From the NCBI RefSeq assembly GCF_001194135.2, contig NC_068986.1:91919189-91983188 (forward strand): a stretch of 64,000 bases of DNA, in the 5' to 3' direction. The notes beneath the pieces are model-generated. The model searched no databases, had not been told where the DNA came from, and saw only the letters and a list, made by a program, of their open reading frames with translations. The position numbers and the translations under genes were made by a program. Shown piece after piece: positions 61,901-64,000 of this stretch; the stretch's first letter is position 1, and every line of letters begins with the position of its first letter. The DNA comes from Octopus bimaculoides. Taxonomy: Eukaryota.

Positions 61901-63604
61901 GAGGGAAACTGAGAAACCAGTCCTGTGCTCCTTACAAAGTAATGTGGACTAATAAACATGGTAAACTGTAATTGGAGAGAAATTTTACTGCTATTTCTAC
62001 CAGTTTGAGTGGCTATATTTAGGCTCTCCTGTTGTCTATCAGTTTAGAAATTTGAGAATGTTTCTCTAATGTCATAGACTACCTTGCCAAAGCAATTGTT
62101 GTGCTGATTGACTGTCAGCAAACTCTTTGATACAGATTCATCATCATCATCAACCTCATTTTAACATCCACTTTTCTATGTTTGCACGAATCAGACAGAG
62201 TTTATTGATGTAAATTTTATAGAGTTGGATACCCTTCCTGTCTGTCTCCAATCCTTATCCAAGCAGGATAATATTTCCCTGTGACCAAACATGTCTTTGC
62301 AGAATATTAGAAATAAATTACATTTAGTTACAGCAATGCATGGCTGCAATCCTATGACTGAAACAAGTAAAGAAGGAAAAAAAGATAGAAAACAGATTCT
62401 AAAAAACTGGTAGGAGACCTAGGGGTAGACCAACAACAAGATGGTTGGATTACATCAATAGTCTTAGTTGATCACATTTGGGAATCCAGCCAGAGATTCT
62501 AATGACACTTACTTCTGATAAAGCCTTATGGAGTAGGTTCCTAAGGACTCTAACCAAATGTCCCTTTCAGGAATAGTTGACAGTAAAGATGGATGGGTGT
62601 ATAGAAGAAAGATATTACATTGTACCAGTGAAATATTCATTAATTAGACAGACTTACACCAACACCAATGAATTGTACCTCACTGTGGTACAAATGAATG
62701 GGTTTTGTGTACCTTTGTTTTTGGTATTTGGTACTTAATTCTCCACATCATTGAACCCCGTGTTTCATTGAGCAGACCCATAATCAATGTTACTCAGCCA
62801 TTGACCATCCCATCTTCTTTCCAAGCTAGTATACTCAGAACTACATCATTATCCAATGTGACCTTCATTTTTTTGAGATATAAGGCAAACTAAGCTGCTG
62901 TTTCTAATGGTCAAGTGACTGGTAGAGGCTACTCAGAAGGATGATTTTTTTTGTTAAAGTGTTTCTTTCAATAAGATGTTCTTTCTGTTACTAACCATCA
63001 AACTGAGAATTAGGGAGTGGAACCTTGTTTCTTCAGCAGTCAGGCAAACTGAGTATCTTACTCAAGGTCACAAAACCAGTTGTAATATCATCGTCATTGT
63101 CATCATCATCATCATTTAATATCTAGTTTCCATGCTGGCTGGCATGGGTTGGATGGTTTGATAGGATTCAGAGAACCCCAGAGCCATGCTAAGCTCCAAT
63201 ATTAGCTTTGGCATAGTTTCAATGGCTGGGTGATCTTTCTAATTCCAGTGCCGAATGCCTTCCTAACACCAATATAACATTTGGTTTGAAATCATTGCAA
63301 TGTGATCAGCAATCCTGAATTTTAATCTCTGAGCCATTGTGACTTCCGAGTTGATCTACCATTTCCGGTGCCATCTGATACTATGAGAAGGTGGGCCCAA
63401 GAAATCTATTTGCTGTTGCTTTTTAATTTCAAATTGGCCCTAATTAAACAGACTTATGATCAATAACATTCCACCTTTGACCATCCTGTTTTTATTATTA
63501 TCACAGTTATGTACACTATCAACATTATCCAATGTGTCTTTCATTTTTTGTAGACAGTAGAATGTGGTATGAGGAATATTTGATTGTTATTTCTAGCAAG
63601 GCGT

Positions 63605-63772
63605 AGGAGTGGCTGTGTGGTAAGTAGCTTGCTTACCAACCACATGGCTCCGGGCTCAGTCCCACTACGTGGCATCTTGGGCAAGTGTCTTTTACTATAG
63701 CCTTGGGCCGACCAAAGCCTTGTGAGTGGATTTGGTAGATGGAAACTGAGAAAGAAGCCCGTCGTATATATG

Positions 63773-63807
<35 letters not shown>

Positions 63808-64000
63808 ATGTGTTTGTGTGTCTGTGTTTGTTCCCCCAACTTCGCTTGACAACCAATGCTGGTGTGTTTACATCCCCGTAACTTAGCAGTTCAGCAAAAG
63901 AGACTGATAGAATAAGTACTAGGCTTCCAAAGAATAAATCCTGGGGTCGATTTGCTTGACTAAAAGGCAGTGCTCCAGCATAGCCACAGTCAAAAGACTG
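63605..64000 (+). mobile_element. S1 SINE, nearly full length, cut by the window end
   Basis: Homology to 18969-19353. Confidence 0.85.

Noticed and set aside
63037-63100. QSGKLSILLKVTKPV after TTTCTTCAG as a possible next MMAB exon
   Set aside because: It lacks the conserved LH..R...RRAER motif and has no suitable donor.

Overview
AT-rich, gap-ridden, repeat-dense animal genomic DNA. The SINE families and microsatellite load suggest an octopus-like cephalopod; this is inferred from recalled repeat sequences, not from a search. Two protein-coding genes are supported, both on the + strand. (1) An intronless TRAPPC2/sedlin ORF at 6666-7097. (2) A spliced MMAB (ATP:cob(I)alamin adenosyltransferase) gene with five visible coding exons: 16010-16077, 18900-18952, 20688-20781, 24131-24188 and 51956-52053. 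One frame-required internal exon is not visible and probably lies in an N gap; the 3' exons are not seen. The rest is transposon-derived: three tRNA-type SINE families, a (GAT)n-tailed retroelement 3' family, Tc1/mariner remnants (DD37D, DD41D, mariner), hAT and piggyBac-like MITEs, a Merlin derivative, LINE fragments, fold-back elements and tandem arrays. There is no CRISPR array, rRNA or prokaryotic system. The most unusual observations are: a composite element with a tRNA-like Pol III head and inverted arms that each carry a minimal hammerhead-ribozyme motif (two copies in the window); a Merlin element built from two right ends that still has a perfect 8-bp TSD; a tRNA-Thr-like cloverleaf capping an extra 20-bp stem; and a near-perfect palindrome with head-to-head telomeric repeats upstream of TRAPPC2. 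All coordinates were read by hand; repeat boundaries are approximate unless a TIR or TSD is quoted.
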